Shown here piece by piece: positions 57,242 through 64,000 of a stretch of 64,000 nucleotides of DNA. The notes below the pieces were generated by a model. That model had not been told where the DNA came from. It ran no database searches and saw only the letters and a list, made by a program, of their open reading frames with translations. This DNA is from the human T2T-CHM13v2.0 reference genome, Homo sapiens. A program made the translations under genes and the position numbers. The stretch lies in assembly GCF_009914755.1 (NCBI RefSeq), contig NC_060931.1; one strand, written 5' to 3'. Position 1 is the first letter of the stretch; each line of letters opens with the position of its first letter.

Positions 57242-58787
57242 TATATGTTGTCTACAGAATACACACTTTAGATTCAAAGACAGAAAAATGTTGACAGTAA
57301 AAGTATGGGAAAAGATATGTCATGCAAACAGCAAACATAAAAAAACTACAGTGGCCATACTAATATCAGACAAAATAGACTTTAAAACAAAAAAGCACTA
57401 GAAATAAATAGGGACATTTTATAATGATAAAAGTGTCAACCCATCAGGAAGCTATAACAATTAGAAATACATATACACCTAACAACAGAACCCTACAACA
57501 TGTGAAGTAAAAAATGAGAATTGAAAGAAGAAATACACAATTTAACAATAATAGTGAGATACTTCAATACTCCACTTTCAATCATAGATAGAACAACTAT
57601 GCAGAAGATCAACAAGAAAACCAAAGACTTAAAGAGCACTACACACAAATTTGACCTAACACACATTGGTAGAACACTTCACCCAACAACAACAAAATAC
57701 TCATATTTAAGTGTGCATGAAACCATCTCAGGAATAGATCATATGTCAGGTCACAAAACATGTCTCAATAAACTTAAAAGGACATACATAATACAAAGTA
57801 TGCTCTCCAACCATAGGAATAAAAATAGAAATTATTAACAGAAAGGAATGTGGGAAATTCACAAATACGTAGAAATAAAACAACATACTGCTAAATAACC
57901 AAACGGTCAAAGAAGAAAGCACAAGTAAATTCAGACTTTTAGATGAATGAAAATGAAAATACAACATATCCAAACTTGTTGGACATGGCTAAAGCAGTAC
58001 TTGGAGGGAAATTTATAGATGTAACTTCCTATATTAAAAAAGAAGAAATATCTCAAATCAATAACCTAATCTTCCATATTAAGTACACTGTAAAAAGAAA
58101 AGAACGAAACTCAAAGCAAGAGGAAGAAAATAGTAAGAATTAGAGCAGAAATTAAAGAAACAGGAAATAGAAAAATGAGAGAAAATAAACAAAAAAGAAG
58201 TTTATCTTTCAAAAAAATCAGTAAAATTGACAAACCTTTAGCTAGACTGAATAAGATTAAGACAAGACTCATGTTGCACAAATTAGAAGTAAAATAGGGG
58301 GCATTACTACTGGCCTTACAAAATAAAGGAAATTTAGGAATCAAATAAAATAATTACATGGAAATACTATAAACAACTGTATGCCAACACATTAGATAAC
58401 CTAGATGAAATGGACAAATTACTAGAAGGTACAAACTACCGAAAATGATTTAAAAAGAAATAGAAGGCTGGGTATGGTGGCTCATGCCTGTAATCACAGC
58501 ACTTTGGAAAGCCCAGGCAGGCAGATCACTTGAGGTCAGGAGTTCAAGATCAGCCTGGCCAACACGGCAAAACCCTGACTTTAATGAAAAAAAAAAAAAA
58601 AAAACCCAAAAAAACCAAAATTAGCCAGTGCGGTGGTGCACGCCTGTAATCCCAGCTACTTGAGAAGCTGAGGTGTGAGAATTGCTTGAACCCAGGGGGT
58701 GAAAGTTGCAGTGAGGGAGATCATGTCACTGCACTCCAACCTGGGTGACAGAGCGAGACTCTGTATCAAAAAAAAAAAAAAAAAAAA

Positions 58788-64000
<5,213 letters not shown>

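Overview
Primate (human-like) genomic DNA, very rich in repeats, with no intact protein-coding gene. The main result is an intron-containing ferroportin (SLC40A1) paralogue on the minus strand (~3.8-14.7 kb). The ORF track shows only fragments of it, but it can be rebuilt exon by exon. Exons 2, 3 and 4 are 68, 160 and 116 nt and exon 5 is 126 nt, matching the SLC40A1 lengths (68/160/116/127, from memory) and splice phases, with canonical AG/GT sites. The protein is clearly divergent (~70% identity in the best exon), so this is not a recent duplicate or retrocopy; it looks like the dead orthologue (unitary pseudogene) of a second vertebrate ferroportin gene. It carries nonsense codons, three frameshifts, a lost splice acceptor, an AluY in exon 7, a complex micro-inversion in exon 7 and probably a THE1A LTR in exon 1. 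Exon 8 was not found in the window. The same 16 kb holds three templated-insertion or snap-back scars. Other content: an RPL12 processed pseudogene inside an L2, a 5.46-kb HERV-H provirus with a tRNA-Phe-type PBS nested in an old L1M, a 5'-intact L1PA (about L1PA4) running off the right edge with an extended ORF0, several MaLR LTRs, DNA transposon relics and more than 35 Alu elements or fragments. All alignments were done by eye against remembered sequences; subfamily calls and repeat boundaries are approximate.
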